Positions 1 through 13,970 are shown, counted from the stretch's first letter. The stretch: 64,000 nucleotides of DNA from Octopus sinensis (GCF_006345805.1 NC_043000.1:99076001-99140000), one strand, 5' to 3'. Program-made: numbers and translations. Notes: generated by a model not told the origin, from the letters alone.

Positions 1-36
1 TTGTGCCAAAATTTGAAATCAATATTACATACGAGA

Positions 37-170
37 GTGAAGGCGCATGGATTAGTGCTAAGTGTAATTGACTCATGTTTATAAAGGTACAGGTTCAATC
101 CCTGGGCTGTAGTGGGTGAGTTGTATCTTTATGCAAAACATTTCATTTCAAGGTATTCCTGTCTTCTCAA
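37..170 (+). mobile_element. Degenerate tRNA-derived SINE (family C)
   Basis: Head gtgaaggcgcatgg...ggttcaatccctggg resembles the better-preserved minus-strand copy at 38885-39145. Confidence 0.5.
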
Positions 171-639
171 CTGTAGAGGGATACCAGCTTCGTGCCGGCC
201 CAACATGCTTTTCCTCCGCCTTTCATTTGCTGCATATTCTACAAAGTCAAGGTGAAGTGACCGAGTGGATGTTTATGTCTCCTCGCACCTAAGTGGCAGA
301 GTCATAAATCAAGATTTCTTTGAAGTAAAACCATTTGGTTCAGTAAGAATATACTTCAGATAAGACTATAGCAGCTAAATTTGGAAGCTAACACTTATGG
401 GACAGGGGGAGTGAAATCATATAGTATCAATCTTGATTTATGACTCTGCCATTTAAATTGTCTATCTATTTTGCCCTATCCATAAAGGATACACTCTAGT
501 TTCTCTTAGTTTTGATAAACTAGTCTATAAATTAAAACTAACCCCGCCCACTAGTAAATCTAAATAACAGAAATAATCAGTGAAAAGGAGTGTCTTTTTT
601 TAAACAAATGTCAGTTACAACTGTGATGTTGATAAAACC

Positions 640-841
640 TGTTCTTTGTCTATCTACTTATCCTCTTGGTGATTTTGGATAAAAAGAAAATTATACAAAT
701 GAGTTCTTCGAATTTAACTAAATTCTATATTTGTATGCAACTGAAGATTAAATTGATGTAATGTTTGCATTGTTCAATTAAATGGAGTCGCATAAAACGA
801 TCGTATTACATTACCTCTGGATATCCTTGTTGCTTATTTTG

Positions 842-845
<4 letters not shown>
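640..845 (+). repeat. Interspersed repeat, probable Penelope-like terminal repeat with (AT)n tail
   Basis: Homologous to the minus strand of 31951-32150 and to 32318-32424 (aaaattatacaaatg...ttaaattgatg...cctctggatatcc..ttgcttattttga). Confidence 0.6.
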
Positions 846-915
<70 letters not shown>

Positions 916-933
916 TATATGTACATATATATA

Positions 934-1002
<69 letters not shown>

Positions 1003-1045
1003 TGTGTGTGTGTGTGTGTGTGTACATGTATATATATGTATATTG
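845..1045. repeat. Compound (AT)n/(AC)n/(GT)n microsatellite
   Basis: Directly visible; source of the [12 protein letters not shown] ORFs. Confidence 0.95.
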
Positions 1046-1160
1046 TATGGCTGTGTGTTCAGTTATACTACATGGCAACTTGGGCAAGTGTCTTCTACTA
1101 TTGTCTCCGACCAACCAAATCTTTGAAAGTATATTTTCTAGACAGAAACCCCGTCAAATA
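1046..1160 (+). mobile_element. Degenerate SINE family A, 5' part
   Basis: ggctgtgtg...cttgggcaagtgtcttctactat matches the family A copies at 17210, 36757 and 55352. Confidence 0.6.
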
Positions 1161-2826
1161 TGTAACGTATATTTGTATTTCTGTGTATATCTAATATATA
1201 AAATAGACATGTGTGCGTATTCACTTGTCATGCGAAAACAGCTTTACCAATTACTTCCATACTTGTTATGCCTGAATAATTTGACTTCGGACATATTATA
1301 GGGTCTTCATTTGATTTTTTATTAAAAGTTTTTAAAAATAAAAAAATATATAATTTTATATTACATACAAGGCTTTCAAAGATTTTAATATTTTTACTTC
1401 CGGTTTTCTAGAGTCGGTGACGTATCATATCTCCTTATGTATACCTCTCTATTCATCTCTCTGTGCCTATCTCTATCTCTCTGTAACATATCTCTCTATC
1501 TATATCTCTTGTTTTCACTTTCATTTTACAGACCCTATTCTTTTCTCTTTCAATTTTCATACGCCATTGTTTAACTCCCATGTAATTGTTTTGAATCGCT
1601 ATTTACAAACAAACAACGACAAATTAATGACAGAAACAAATTCACAAATACTGATATAAGTAATTTCATTGGTTTGCTGAGTGACAAATTTCCCTTCAGC
1701 CCCTACAATACTTTCTTTTCCGTTAAAATTTCTTATTTACTTTCTGCCTGTCTCATTAAGAACTACAGATTTCTGCCCACCAGCACAATTTACATGGTCC
1801 TAACTTTCAGAATTATGGATAATTTTTAATAAAATTTTCTACGAATGTGTGTTCTATCATGTCAGTTTCGGATATATAAAATTTGGGGGAGTAACTGTTT
1901 TAGGAGGGGGAGGGGATTTTCTGAAAATTCACCTGAATCTACTTCAATTCGTCTTAACTTCCAAGAAAATAGATATTTTTTAATGAAATTCTCTACATTA
2001 GATTCACTTCTTTAAAAGGGTTTCTCAATGTCAACTTCCGGTATTGATATAACAACGGCGAAATCTGTCCCTGTCTAAATTTTAATATTTTCATTTCGCA
2101 ATTTGTAAACAACTACAATAAATTACTGAATAAAATATTTACTAAATTCACAAATTTAAATATTTGATACAAGACACTTTTCAACGTGCGTTTATTTATA
2201 CAATTTTTTCATTCGCTGTGCATCTCATTTATTGTTTTCAATATTCTCTCTCTCTCTCACTCTCTCTCTCACACACATACACACACACACACAGGCACAC
2301 AGACATAAACACACACAAATATCCCGTTAAAATTCTGTAAATTAAACATGTGGCGCCCAAAAACTATGGGCATTACTTTGCTGGAACTCGCACACTTAGT
2401 TTATTTACGTAAACTTTTTTTATCTATCTTCTTTTTCACGCTGTGTTAAGCTCTTTGTGTTTGTAAGTCACACACGCACACGTGTTTTTGTATGTGCGTT
2501 TGTATGCATTTATGTATGGTATGTGTGTCTGTATGTGTGTGAGTGAGTGAAGGGGCGTGTTGTCATGTATTCATACATACATAAATACATATGTATACAT
2601 CTTTTCCGTGTGTATGTATGTGTGTGAGGGAGAATGAAGTCTAAGCGTTTCTCTCTCTCCCTCTCTCTCTCTCTCTCGAACACACACACGCACACAAACG
2701 TACAAGAAATATGTACGCCTATTATTTATGCATGTACGTATGTATGACAACACAGCCCTTCACTCACTCACTCTCTCTCACACACACACACCTCCATTTC
2801 ATCTGTGGTTTGATACTCTATGTATA

Positions 2827-2902
<76 letters not shown>

Positions 2903-2914
2903 GGCGGCGTTCCA

Positions 2915-3157
2915 CAATCGGCACAAAAAAGCGGAGTAATATTCTTTCTTGATGCTCCTGGTGACACACGTAAAACATTTGTAACATTACTTCTCTCCAA
3001 AGTAAGGCAACAAAGCAAAAACTGAAATTGCAGTACCATTGTCTGGCTTTGCTGCTACCATTCTCGCAGGAGGACGAACAGCTTATTCTGCTTTTAAATT
3101 ACCACTACTCCAAGTCACAAGTGACAGTCTAGATTGTAACATAAGCAAAGATTCTTA
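2915..3157 (+). pseudogene. Helitron Pif1-like helicase fragment (frameshifted)
   Basis: SGVIFFLDAPGDTRKTFVTLLLSKVRQQ, then after a frameshift IAVPLSGFAATILAGGRTAYSAFKLPL...CNISK; matches the Helitron helicase pattern FFLDAPGGTGKT...SGIAATLL.GGRTAHS.FKLP. Confidence 0.85.
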
Positions 3158-3176
3158 CTTTTCGCGTCGAGTGTAC

Positions 3177-3724
3177 TACCATTTAAACTAACGAACAAAC
3201 TGCATCTTTCCGTCAGATTTCAGAACTATAATTAGTTCCTAGTGTTATTTTTGTAAACAAACTTGCATGTGCTTTTACTGCGATGGTTTTTGTTAAGCAG
3301 TGTCGGTTTCTACAATTCTGTAAATAATAATAATTGTATTTTATAAGTTTACATGTTATAAGCGATCACCGAGCAATGAGTAAAAGAAAAAATGGTCTAA
3401 TAATGGGGCATATAAGCCCTCAACGGAAAAAAAGTAGGTTTTTTTCCCCTTATGCGCGGGATTCAAACCACACCTCTTTGTTTTTGTGACAAGTGTGCCC
3501 CATTATTAGACTATTTTCTTTAGTCATTGCGCCGTGATCACTTATAAGCATTAAGCTAATGAAATACTATTATTATTATTATTTGCAGTAGTGTAGAACT
3601 CGACGCTGCTTAACAAAAACCATCGCAGTAAAAGCACATGAAAGTTTGTTTACAAAAACAACACTACGAGCTAATTATTGTTCTGAAATCTGCCAGAAAG
3701 AAACAGGTTGCTCGTTAGTGTAAA

Positions 3725-3729
<5 letters not shown>
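3177..3729. mobile_element. Long foldback / MITE-like element
   Basis: Arms 3177-3410 and 3496-3729 are reverse complements (e.g. catgtgcttttactgcgatggtttttgttaagcag vs ctgcttaacaaaaaccatcgcagtaaaagcacatg), with an ~85-nt spacer. Confidence 0.8.
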
Positions 3730-3821
<92 letters not shown>

Positions 3822-3989
3822 TATATATATACATATATATACATATAATAGAAGACGCCCAAGTTGCCATGCAGTTGGTAAGTGATCGCTTATAGGCTTA
3901 AAGCTTATGAGATATATATATATATATACATATAGATAGATAGATATGTGTGTGTGTTTGTGCGTGAGTGTGTGTCCGTGTGTGCACGC

Positions 3990-4200
3990 ATGTGACTTCG
4001 CATTTGTGCTTGTCATTACACCACCACTTGATCACCGATGTTAGTTTGTTTATCTCTGCATAACTTAGTGGTTCAGCAACAGTGATTGATAGAAAAGGTA
4101 TGAGGATTGAAAAAAATGCACAAAGGTCGATTTCGTTTCGACTAAACACTTCAAGGTGCTGCCTCATCATAGTCGCATTCCAAAACTGAAATAGGTACCA
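3990..4200 (+). mobile_element. Degenerate SINE family A, 3' half
   Basis: ccgatgttagtttgttta...aacttagtggttcagcaa...gatagaa...ggtcgatttcgtttcgactaaa resembles the 3' half of family A. Confidence 0.55.
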
Positions 4201-4636
4201 GGAAGTGAAAAATAGTTACATACGGAGAAGATATATATAGTGATATGTAAACAGGCATGGACGTATATACGCATGCATAAATACTTTCGTAGACACCCAA
4301 GCACGTATAAACAAGCACATACACATATGTATATCAACTGATTCGTTAGATTCTCTTCTGTTTCTTTCATTGCCAGATCTATTTTCATTGTACTTACTGA
4401 CATTGTTGCTTTTTCTTTATATATCTATATTTCTTTCAGTCATGTTTCGTTGTCTGTCTCACTTCATCTATTATTTCTTTTATACTCTCACCCTCATTAA
4501 CTAACTCATGACATTTCAATAATTTTCACCTATTTCATATATACATACATACTTCCAAACATACATTCAGATGTACATATATACATACGTACATAATACA
4601 AAGATAAAACAAAACATATATATCTGCACATGTACA

Positions 4637-5547
4637 TATGAGAGTGTACCTAAAATGGACCGGAATTTTGCTATATTATTTTATTCACTTAGTTTTACAC
4701 GTTTACACTTTAATAGCCTTCAAAGTATTCACCATTTGAAGCAATGCATTAGTCCAGACGCGTTTTCCACTGTTGAAAACAGTACTGGTTCTCGTGCGAA
4801 GTGATGCCTTTTAATGAATCTGTCGGTTTTTTTATTCGCCTCTTCCACAACCGCTTATTCCGTAGCACCAGCTTTCGTCACCAGTAATGAACTTGGAAAA
4901 AATGTCCGGATCAACTTCCAACTATTCTTTCAGTTCACGCATTCAGTCGTGACTGTTTTTGATCTTCCGTGAACTAGCGAGGCACAATGTTTGCTGCAAC
5001 TCCTTTCATTCACAATTCCTCGCTCAAAATTCGTTGGCAGGAGCTCCATGACACACAGGTCATATCAACAAGCGTGTCAATCGTTCTCTGACAGTCCTCC
5101 AATGTCAGTTCATGAAATTTCATGATGTTTTCATTCCTTCGGGACGTCAATGGTCGCCCTGAACGAGGTTGGTCCTCAAGCAACAAGTGAAAACCACACG
5201 TAAAGCTGTGTTTTGCTCATGGCAGCGACTTTGTAAGTTTTTTGAAGCATAACAACTGTTTCGGCTGTCGCTTTCTCCAGCACACAAAATAAAATAAAAA
5301 TTCACGGAACCACGCTGTTCCCTTGTTTCAACCATCGCAAGAAATCTTGAAATAAAACTGAATAATGACATACAGAAGCACTGTAAAACAAAGATACACC
5401 ACGTGGCAGTATGACACGAATGAACAACGCTGGTCGGCAGACTGACGCCTGAGGGTTGCATTAAGTGACTTCTAGTGGCGAAAGCCTGAACTACTATGGA
5501 TTTGTTCCACAGAGAACGTTAACGGTTACTTTGGGTACTCCCTCGTA
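4637..5547 (-). mobile_element. Internally deleted mariner transposon with both TIRs and TA flanks
   Basis: TIRs tatgagagtgtacctaaaatggaccgg / aacggttactttgggtactccctcgta. Minus-strand peptides across frameshifts: MVETREQR, EDQPRSGRPLTSR, FITGDESWCY and C-terminal CFQQWKTRLD*CIASNGEYFEG. Confidence 0.9.
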
Positions 5548-5600
5548 TGTACATACATACGTACATACATACATACATGCATACATAAATACATACATAC

Positions 5601-5712
5601 AAAAATATCCTGTAGATGTTGTTGAAATTCCAATGAAGGAACCTTGGATCTAGGTTAGAAAGCGCTTCTTTCTCTATTGGCAAGAAATCTTGAAATAAAA
5701 CTGAATCATGAC
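5601..5712 (+). mobile_element. ~110-bp (TACA)n-flanked short retro-like element
   Basis: Second copy on the minus strand at 27194-27304 with the same two ends; both sit within (TACA)n. Confidence 0.75.
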
Positions 5713-5868
5713 ATACATACATATGTACGTATGTACATAATATGTGTGAGCGTGCGCGCGTATATACATAAATATACCCACACAACTATGTACATACTTA
5801 CATGTGGTTGTGCAAATCCTATATACGTACATGTATATATAAACATACAAACACACAGAAATACATGC

Positions 5869-5988
<120 letters not shown>

Positions 5989-6124
5989 CTTTCTGTGAAT
6001 GTTATATGTAACTGTTATTAACCAAGCCTTATATGCTACAGTAAGCTGTGGAGTAAAAACAATTGCGGAACGTAATTTGACAGGAATGAAGAAAGAAGCC
6101 AAAAACAACATAGAATCACCAGCA

Positions 6125-6126
<2 letters not shown>

Positions 6127-6175
<49 letters not shown>

Positions 6176-6305
6176 TGTGTATGTATGTGTGTATGTATGT
6201 ATGTATGTATGTATGTATGTATGTATGTATGTATGTATGTATGTATGTATGTATGTATGTATATATGTATGTATGTGTGTATGTATGTATGTATATGTAT
6301 ATGCA
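6127..6305. repeat. (GT)n/(TATG)n microsatellite
   Basis: Directly visible. Confidence 0.95.
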
Positions 6306-6636
6306 TGAAAATAGATGCACCCGAGAGAACATATAAATGAAATATCAGCCTGGCGAAATCTTTTTCGCTTGCTCATTTGTGTTTTTTCTGCCTCTGGAGT
6401 GATTTATTAGTGGATAATTAACAGTTGAATATCAAAATCTCATAATATATCATTTTTATCGCATATCGCACTTCCAGCTGATCTTTTTTTCTTTTTGTAT
6501 TTTTTTTACTTTTCATCTATCTGTTGTTTCTCATATCTTCCCTTTTTCGTTCCCTTTCCTGAATGCCACGGAGATTTCTTTTCCTCTAATATGTTATTCC
6601 CCAAACTTTCATCTTCCTTATAGATCCCTCATACTT

Positions 6637-6922
<286 letters not shown>

Positions 6923-7158
6923 TTAACTTTCATCTAATATATAGTTTTCACTCCCATTTTCTTCTCTGATGATTTTATCTCTAATTTTCGATACCTCAGT
7001 TTGTGCAAGAGTGTTCGTATGCATGTATATATGTGCGCGCGCGCTTGTGTGCCTGTGTGTGTGTGATCAATGATCATGTTCAGTATTATTAGCTAAGAAA
7101 ACCAAAGGCGTTATCGAAGAGCTTAGAGCTTCAATAACATATACTAATAAATATACAT

Positions 7159-7236
<78 letters not shown>

Positions 7237-7565
7237 CACACACACACGCGCACATACAATTATATATATAACGCCTTCAGAATCTAAGCTATTAATGCGA
7301 GTATGCGCATAAAATTTCAGTTATTTTTAAAGAGGCATTTCTCTTAAATATATTTTTGTCTAGTTACATTCATAAACATTTTCTTTTTCAAAAATATTAA
7401 ACATATTTACCTTCAAAGGCACTCATTATGCAACTTCAAATATTGCACAATTTTTTCTCAAACCGTTCTTCCATCAATTTTCGAAGCATTATTTTCTCAT
7501 ATCAAATGTCATGATATCATTCAATTTGCTTCTCTTCATAACTAATTTTATGTGTCTATTTTTAC

Positions 7566-7631
<66 letters not shown>

Positions 7632-10269
7632 CAAGTGAGCGTGTGCATGTAAATACAAGTGTGTGAGTGGGTGCTGTATTCGTGCGTGGGTGTGTGTGGG
7701 TGTATTGTGTAATATTGTTAGATGATCACGATTTCCGAGTTCAAATCTCGTCCCGACGTTTTTCATGTTGGTTTCTTGGCACTTTTTATACAATTGCAAG
7801 CATTAGAAACAACGCTGAACTTTAAACAGATTAGGTTCCGTGCTTCTGTGGTCCTTCTCAGAACTCGATGTATGAAGTCCAGCATAAAACTTCCACAATG
7901 AGTCGTGACTGGGGGGTGCCATGTCGAAAGCATATGTTGAACCACTTTGTGTTCTTAGGTTCACAGTCAATGCAGTAATCAACTAAAAGAAAGCAGTAAA
8001 TTGTAGCGATAATATATTTGTTGGCTTATGTCTAAATTAGAAACCATTATTTAGTATCTAGTCATTCAAGAACACAAATTTTACGTTCTTTATCTGATAC
8101 CACCATCGATATTATCTGTTTTCAGTGGTATTGTTACTGTTGCTGTTGTCGTCATTGTTGCTGTTTTGTATGTTTTTCGTTGTTGTTTGTGATTTGCTAT
8201 GAAAGTTTAATAAGTTTTTGTCCCAAGAAAGGATCTCTAATTGATTCTTGGTCACAAGAGATGTAGCTTCAAAATTCTATTATTCCCAAGACAAGTGGAA
8301 TCGCTTGCTTTTCTCCTCGACTGGCTACTTTGTATGATAAGTTTTAAGTTATCCATAACATGTGTCTGACTCAGAAACCATAACAAACTGAATCACTTGT
8401 CAGTCAAACGGTATGTCAATTAGACAGGTAGAAATGCTAAAGATGCAACTTTGTTTCTTACATGTTTTGAGACCTGATACTACACATCGTCGCTAATAAA
8501 ATGGAAGATGTCGCTTGACATCTTAACAGCCTTAACAGCCAGAGGTCAACACTGTATATACATTTCCACTGCTTCAATTACTTTGTGCAATTCAGTTTGA
8601 TTAAATCTCCTGGTTGTTAAACATTATTAAACAGTAATTATCAAGCACATCGTTAAAGCTATCATATATTAGAATTTATTAAAATAGAATTAAGTTGCCA
8701 AATTGATATACTGGGGTTTCTTCAAATTGAATGTATAATTATTAATTAACTGCAAATATTTAGTTCAGATAGTAACATTTTTGTATGAGTTGAGATTAAA
8801 TTAAAATTAACCACTGAACTCTCGACTGTAAATAGCTGTATTTAAATTATTGCGCCTACAAATGTGTTCAAATTCTGAGAGCGTAATTCTACTTCAGGTA
8901 AAAATACAAGGTAATTCCAGATTATTTATTTCCATGTGTGAACTGCCGTACTGGAATTTACGTGCAAACTTAAAGTTCACAAATCTCTTTCTTAATAAGA
9001 TACCGGTTTATTGCAGATCATTTTATGTTCTTTCACTGCTTACAGCAACAAATTATGTACTTGACTTCTATAGTATTTGCTTAGAGATAATTGGTCTCAG
9101 TCGTTCAAAATAACATGTCTTCTTTTCGGTCACGTCGCAGGTTATGCATTTCCAATGTCACAACTGTTTATAAGTTTGCATTAAAAGTCAACTGTTTTAA
9201 TACTTCATTCCAATGGAGAACCCATCAAATAATAAATGCACAGGTTGAATAAGGTTATCTTGAACAAGGCATTTTATTAACACGATTTCAAACCTATTTT
9301 ACGATATGACTGCGAAAATACGTTGCTTGTTTTCTTAGTATCATTGTAATTGTTTTATATTGTATAGTTTGCTCTTCTGAAGAATATCCAAGCTAATGAG
9401 CCTGCTTCAATAAAAAGAAATGCGACCTACTAAAGATTTAGGCTGTAACATTCAACTAACTTTAATAGACTGTATTACTAAAACTAAATATAATAAATAT
9501 TCTGAGAAAAATACAAGCACAAATTAGCGATGCACTGGGAAAGGTCTACATATACAGCATTTGAAGAAAGAAACGTTTCGTAGAAAACCCAAAGATAGTT
9601 TGAGTGAATTATTTTCAGCTGTGTGTTTATGTGATTCTGGTTTGGATCCAACAATGCAGCATATTAAGCAGGGTTTTTCTACCACAGCTTTGAGATAAAT
9701 CAAGTATTGTGAACGAAATTAATCAAATGAAAACTGCAGCATTTCGTCGTACTAAGAGTGCCTATTTTCGAACGAGAGACTTGCGCCGTTCAGCGTAACC
9801 CTATTACGTTTATCCTTGGCTGCCTTTGGCGAAGTCTTCTTTACTGCAGGCATTCTGGCCTTGTGCCTGCTGTGACGATATCCTATTATGCTAATATACT
9901 ATAAAAGGTCATGGTGGCTGTCATTTCTCTTTTGAATAAGGCAGGAAGGAATTTTAGTCACAAATCAAAAACAAGAAAAATAAGTGGTGGAATGTTATAA
10001 ATCGTAGATTTTGTGACTAAATGAAGCCTCTATCTTCTAATTAATATTTACTGTCAACTCTCTGCTTTGAATTCTAATCCATCCAGTGGTCCATTTTTCT
10101 TTTCATCTTTCAGTTGTAGATAAGAAAATATTGACATTGCACCTAGGTTTAATCAACTTACTGGCTTCGTACCAATGAGAGAAAGTATTAATCTGAAGTA
10201 GACGACGTATTTCATAAGATTCCGTTGTGAAGAACAGGTTGATTACTACCGTTAATGATATTATGGAGA

Positions 10270-10545
10270 AAAAAAGTATAGCATAAGAGAAGAAATTGAG
10301 CAGAGTGAGAATTCCAGAAAGATATAATAATGAGAAGAAAGAATAAAGAAAGCTATTTTAGTTCAGAGAGACGAGAGGGAGGGGGCGTTCAGAGAAATGA
10401 AAGCATCATCAAGTTTAGTCTGAGATGTTTGTTATATAGTCAGTAAGTTCAGCAACACTGATAGCGTTATAATCGCAATAGATGAGGCAGTGTAAACATA
10501 ACTCGGTAGTGAGCCAGATGTGTTGATCAGTAAAAGATTGTTTAT
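10270..10545 (-). mobile_element. Degenerate CR1/L2-type LINE 3' remnant
   Basis: Fragmentary minus-strand peptides (YNAISVAELTDY, NSFLYSFF, WNSH) resemble the LFYRYY..CSSEL...YSNSFF...WNSLP C-terminus; heavily decayed. Confidence 0.4.
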
Positions 10546-11099
10546 CAGGCGAATGAAGGTTTATTCGTGTTTTTTCGATTGCTTCGTATTTATTTATTTA
10601 TTTATGTATTTAGTCTGTATTAGAGTAAGCAACATAAAAACATTGTACTTATGTTGGGTGTAGAAATATAACTGGCTGAATCAAACTGACTGCTCCGGCA
10701 AAGAAAAGAACATTATGCCAAGAAAGAGCTACGATTTTAAATCGAAATTATTGATCAACGATTAAAATTGCGCTTACCGTTAATCCACCACCCACTTTCC
10801 ATAGCCTGGATAGGATGTCGCCTGGCGGTACTGTTGCTTTTTTTTTACGGTCTTTAGCTCCCCAATCTATCAAAGTCAGTCTTTATTGAGCAGACCTATA
10901 ATCAAATGGGTTCCAGCTATGACCATCCCATTATTTTTGTATATTGTCTAACGCCAACATGTTATTTTTATTTTCGAGATAATAAGATTATATTTGATGG
11001 AAATTTAGCTGATATTTCTTGCAGGTTGAGAAACTACTTAAAGGCTCTTCCTTCGACTGACGTTCAATGGGAATTTTTGCACCAAATTAATTATTTCTA

Positions 11100-11100
11100 G

Positions 11101-11144
<44 letters not shown>

Positions 11145-11330
11145 TAGTAGTAGTAGTAGTAGTAGTAGTAGCTGTTATTGTTGTTGTTGTAGAGGTGGCG
11201 GTGGTAGTGGTGGTGGTGGTGGTGGTGGTGGTGGTGGTGGTGGTGGTGGTAGTGGTGGTGGTGGTGGTGGTGTTATGGTGTGGATGGATTTGATGGAGAT
11301 GTAGTAGTAGTAGAGTAGTAATTGTTGTCG
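11100..11330. repeat. (TAG)n/(TTG)n/(GGT)n compound microsatellite
   Basis: Directly visible. Confidence 0.9.
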
Positions 11331-11399
11331 TCGTTGTTCTTGTCTTTGTTCGTGTTATTAATTAGTCCTAGATCAACTCTTATGGCATAATCAATAAAC

Positions 11400-11570
11400 A
11401 GACATTCTAGCTGAAGGTGGAGGGGGATCTTCAGGCCTTATAGTTTAGGAATGATATGTCCAGAACCACCTTGCCTGTTGTATCCTTTCTTTTTGAAAAT
11501 GTTAGTATGACGTTCGGGAGATTTAGCTGCTGTTTCTAGCAAAATAGGAAACCTCATAAAGAATCCCTAA
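11400..11570 (+). repeat. Interspersed repeat ending gggagatttagctgctgtttctagc
   Basis: Related segments at 24600-24660, 57840-57960 (minus) and 62630-62690. Confidence 0.55.
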
Positions 11571-13970
11571 TTTAAGTTACCTTCATAATATGGCGTAGCA
11601 TATTCTTATTGGCGAGTACAATTATCTTTAGAACAATTTTGTAAGAAACGAATACAGTAGTAGAGCAACTGGAAATGAAGTGTTTTGCTTAAGAACACAA
11701 CACAGTAATTATTATTTATTAATCAGACTTTGAATAATCGCTTCATTAAATATATTGACATTAGCTTCACTGCTGTTTTTCACGCAGCAGTTTCTCTGAG
11801 TAATTCGTTCTCTAAAAATATACAACTTCTCAACCCAGCTGGTGTACAGTATTCAACATCCACGCAGTCACTACTTGAGACAAATGCGGTAGTTTCTATA
11901 CTTCGCTGAGGTGGTCTACTCTTCAGAAACTTGTCCTAAGTGGTTCCCCATGTGTGGATAAAATAATTAAAGTAATATCTGCCTTTGACTAATATTGTGT
12001 TTTCTTTATACTATTATAATTTCTAACTCTGTCTTAACAATTGATTGCATTATTACATAAAATCAGTTATGGCTTCTTGGCAAGCCCCATTCGCGATCCT
12101 GTTTTTAATCCGCACTTGTAACTATTTCATTGCACCTCATTTTATCACATATACTTTACTTATACAATCATCTTTTGATTATTGGCCAACGGGTTAAATA
12201 TTGGCTCTCTGAATTTACGTCGCTACAAAACGAACTACTTAGCCATATCAACAGACATGCAAATAATTCAGTTCTTAAATTTCATCAACAAAACGTAAAA
12301 ATTGAAAGGCGATTTTAAAATATATCCCTAGTAAAACAATGTTGGGAACTAAGAGAGAAAAATAAAGAAAAAACAAGAAAAGGATAAGAAGAGGGCGGAA
12401 GAGGTAAAGAAAAAAGGATAGTGAGAAATGCATGAAACACTTGAATAAACAAATAAGAATAGATAAATAAAATAATAGATTTTAAAATGTTCGATTCAAG
12501 GATTAATCCTTAAACGTTATAGTTGAAGTTTACGCTTTCAGCTTCAAGAGTCACGAAACATCCATGAAACATGACTACATTTTGTCAAGTTGTCACATTT
12601 TATTAATAAAGAAATATGACTGCATTGTATGTGTCATACGAGTGTAAACAGTCCAAAGATCAACGATCAAACATTATCTTCTTAGTGAACAAAAACATTT
12701 AACAAAAATTATATGTTGCAATATACGAATCATGATACCCAAAAATCTCAAATGAAAAGGAGCAAAAAATTTAAATAATAAATAAATAAAATTATATACT
12801 GTACAGATCTAGAAATGATATTTAGGTAAGATACACATTTCATTTTCTCTAGTTACGTATTATCTATCATAGTTGATATTAAAAAAAACTTTAAAATACA
12901 ATAAAGCGACAGATTGTAATAAGTAAATATTAAACAAACTCTTCTTCACGCAAACAAAGCAGTCAAAGTTAGCATGTCACTATAATATAACGTTGTCATG
13001 ACACAAGTAGAATTTATTAAACCATTTTGATCCTTGTACAGAAAACAAGCAGGCATTCATATTTGTTAACCACTTGGCTGTCCAAAGCATCTTCATAAAA
13101 TTTTTTCTAAGTTTTCATGCTTGTACTCAGCTTTTAGTTAGCTCTTCAATCATACGTTCTGAATAATATAAAGCTTTCCTCTATAAGCCCCTAGTTATTC
13201 TGGTAGATAAAAAATTGAGAATGTGTATCATGCATGGGCGCCAGGTCATTCGAAGTATTTCCGCCACATTATAAATTTTTTAATAAAAAAAAAAAAACAA
13301 CATTATCATATTGTATAAACTGTTTAATATTTCATAACGATTATTACACATGTGTAGCCTAGAATACTCTAACCAGAAGGTCAGCCAAAGAATTTTAAAT
13401 TGTAAATTTATTGCAGTTTTCCTTGTCATTTGTGTTTGACGATTCATGCCCCTTGAACTTGTAAATGTAAACTCTTTTAACGTTACGCAGGTACTTTAAA
13501 GGAAATTTTTTTCACTTATTTACATTATTTATCAAGTGCATTATTGCATACATTCATTAAACTTAGTTTTTAATCTTTCATCTTGCTTTTTATATTTTAG
13601 GATCTTTTCTTCCATTTTAGTTATATTTCTTTACTAAGTCACTTGTCAATTTTAAATTTTTTAATATTATTTTATTTTTGCTCATTGATCCTTTATGATA
13701 GGCAATATTTTAAATATAAATTGTGTTATTCCACAAGAAATCAAAGGATTGACACCTAAGTTGAATATCTCCAGGTTAAATTGTACTGAATTTCATTTAC
13801 ATTAGAGTTTTATATTTATGTACTGAGTGCAACAAACTACAACGCTTTGTGGTACAATTTCAAATTGATACAAAGAAGTTATATACACACAAACACACAC
13901 ATTCACTTAAATTAACCCATATGTATTCTATGTATATGTATATATGTGCTAGTGTATGATATATATATAT

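Noticed and set aside
1290-2230. Possible non-autonomous DNA or Helentron-like remnant with cttccgg motifs
   Set aside because: No termini or second copy identifiable in the window
7763-7945. GC-richer segment with a short minus-strand ORF
   Set aside because: No recognisable motif in any frame and no convincing splice pair
9530-9900. MPAVKKTSPKAAK histone-like start on minus, hydrophobic frame on plus, nearby TATAAAAG
   Set aside because: Stops after 33 codons, no histone-fold match; the plus frame also has stops
12200-12318. SLQNELLSHI resembling the hAT QNEL motif
   Set aside because: Single short motif with no supporting downstream DE(S/T)
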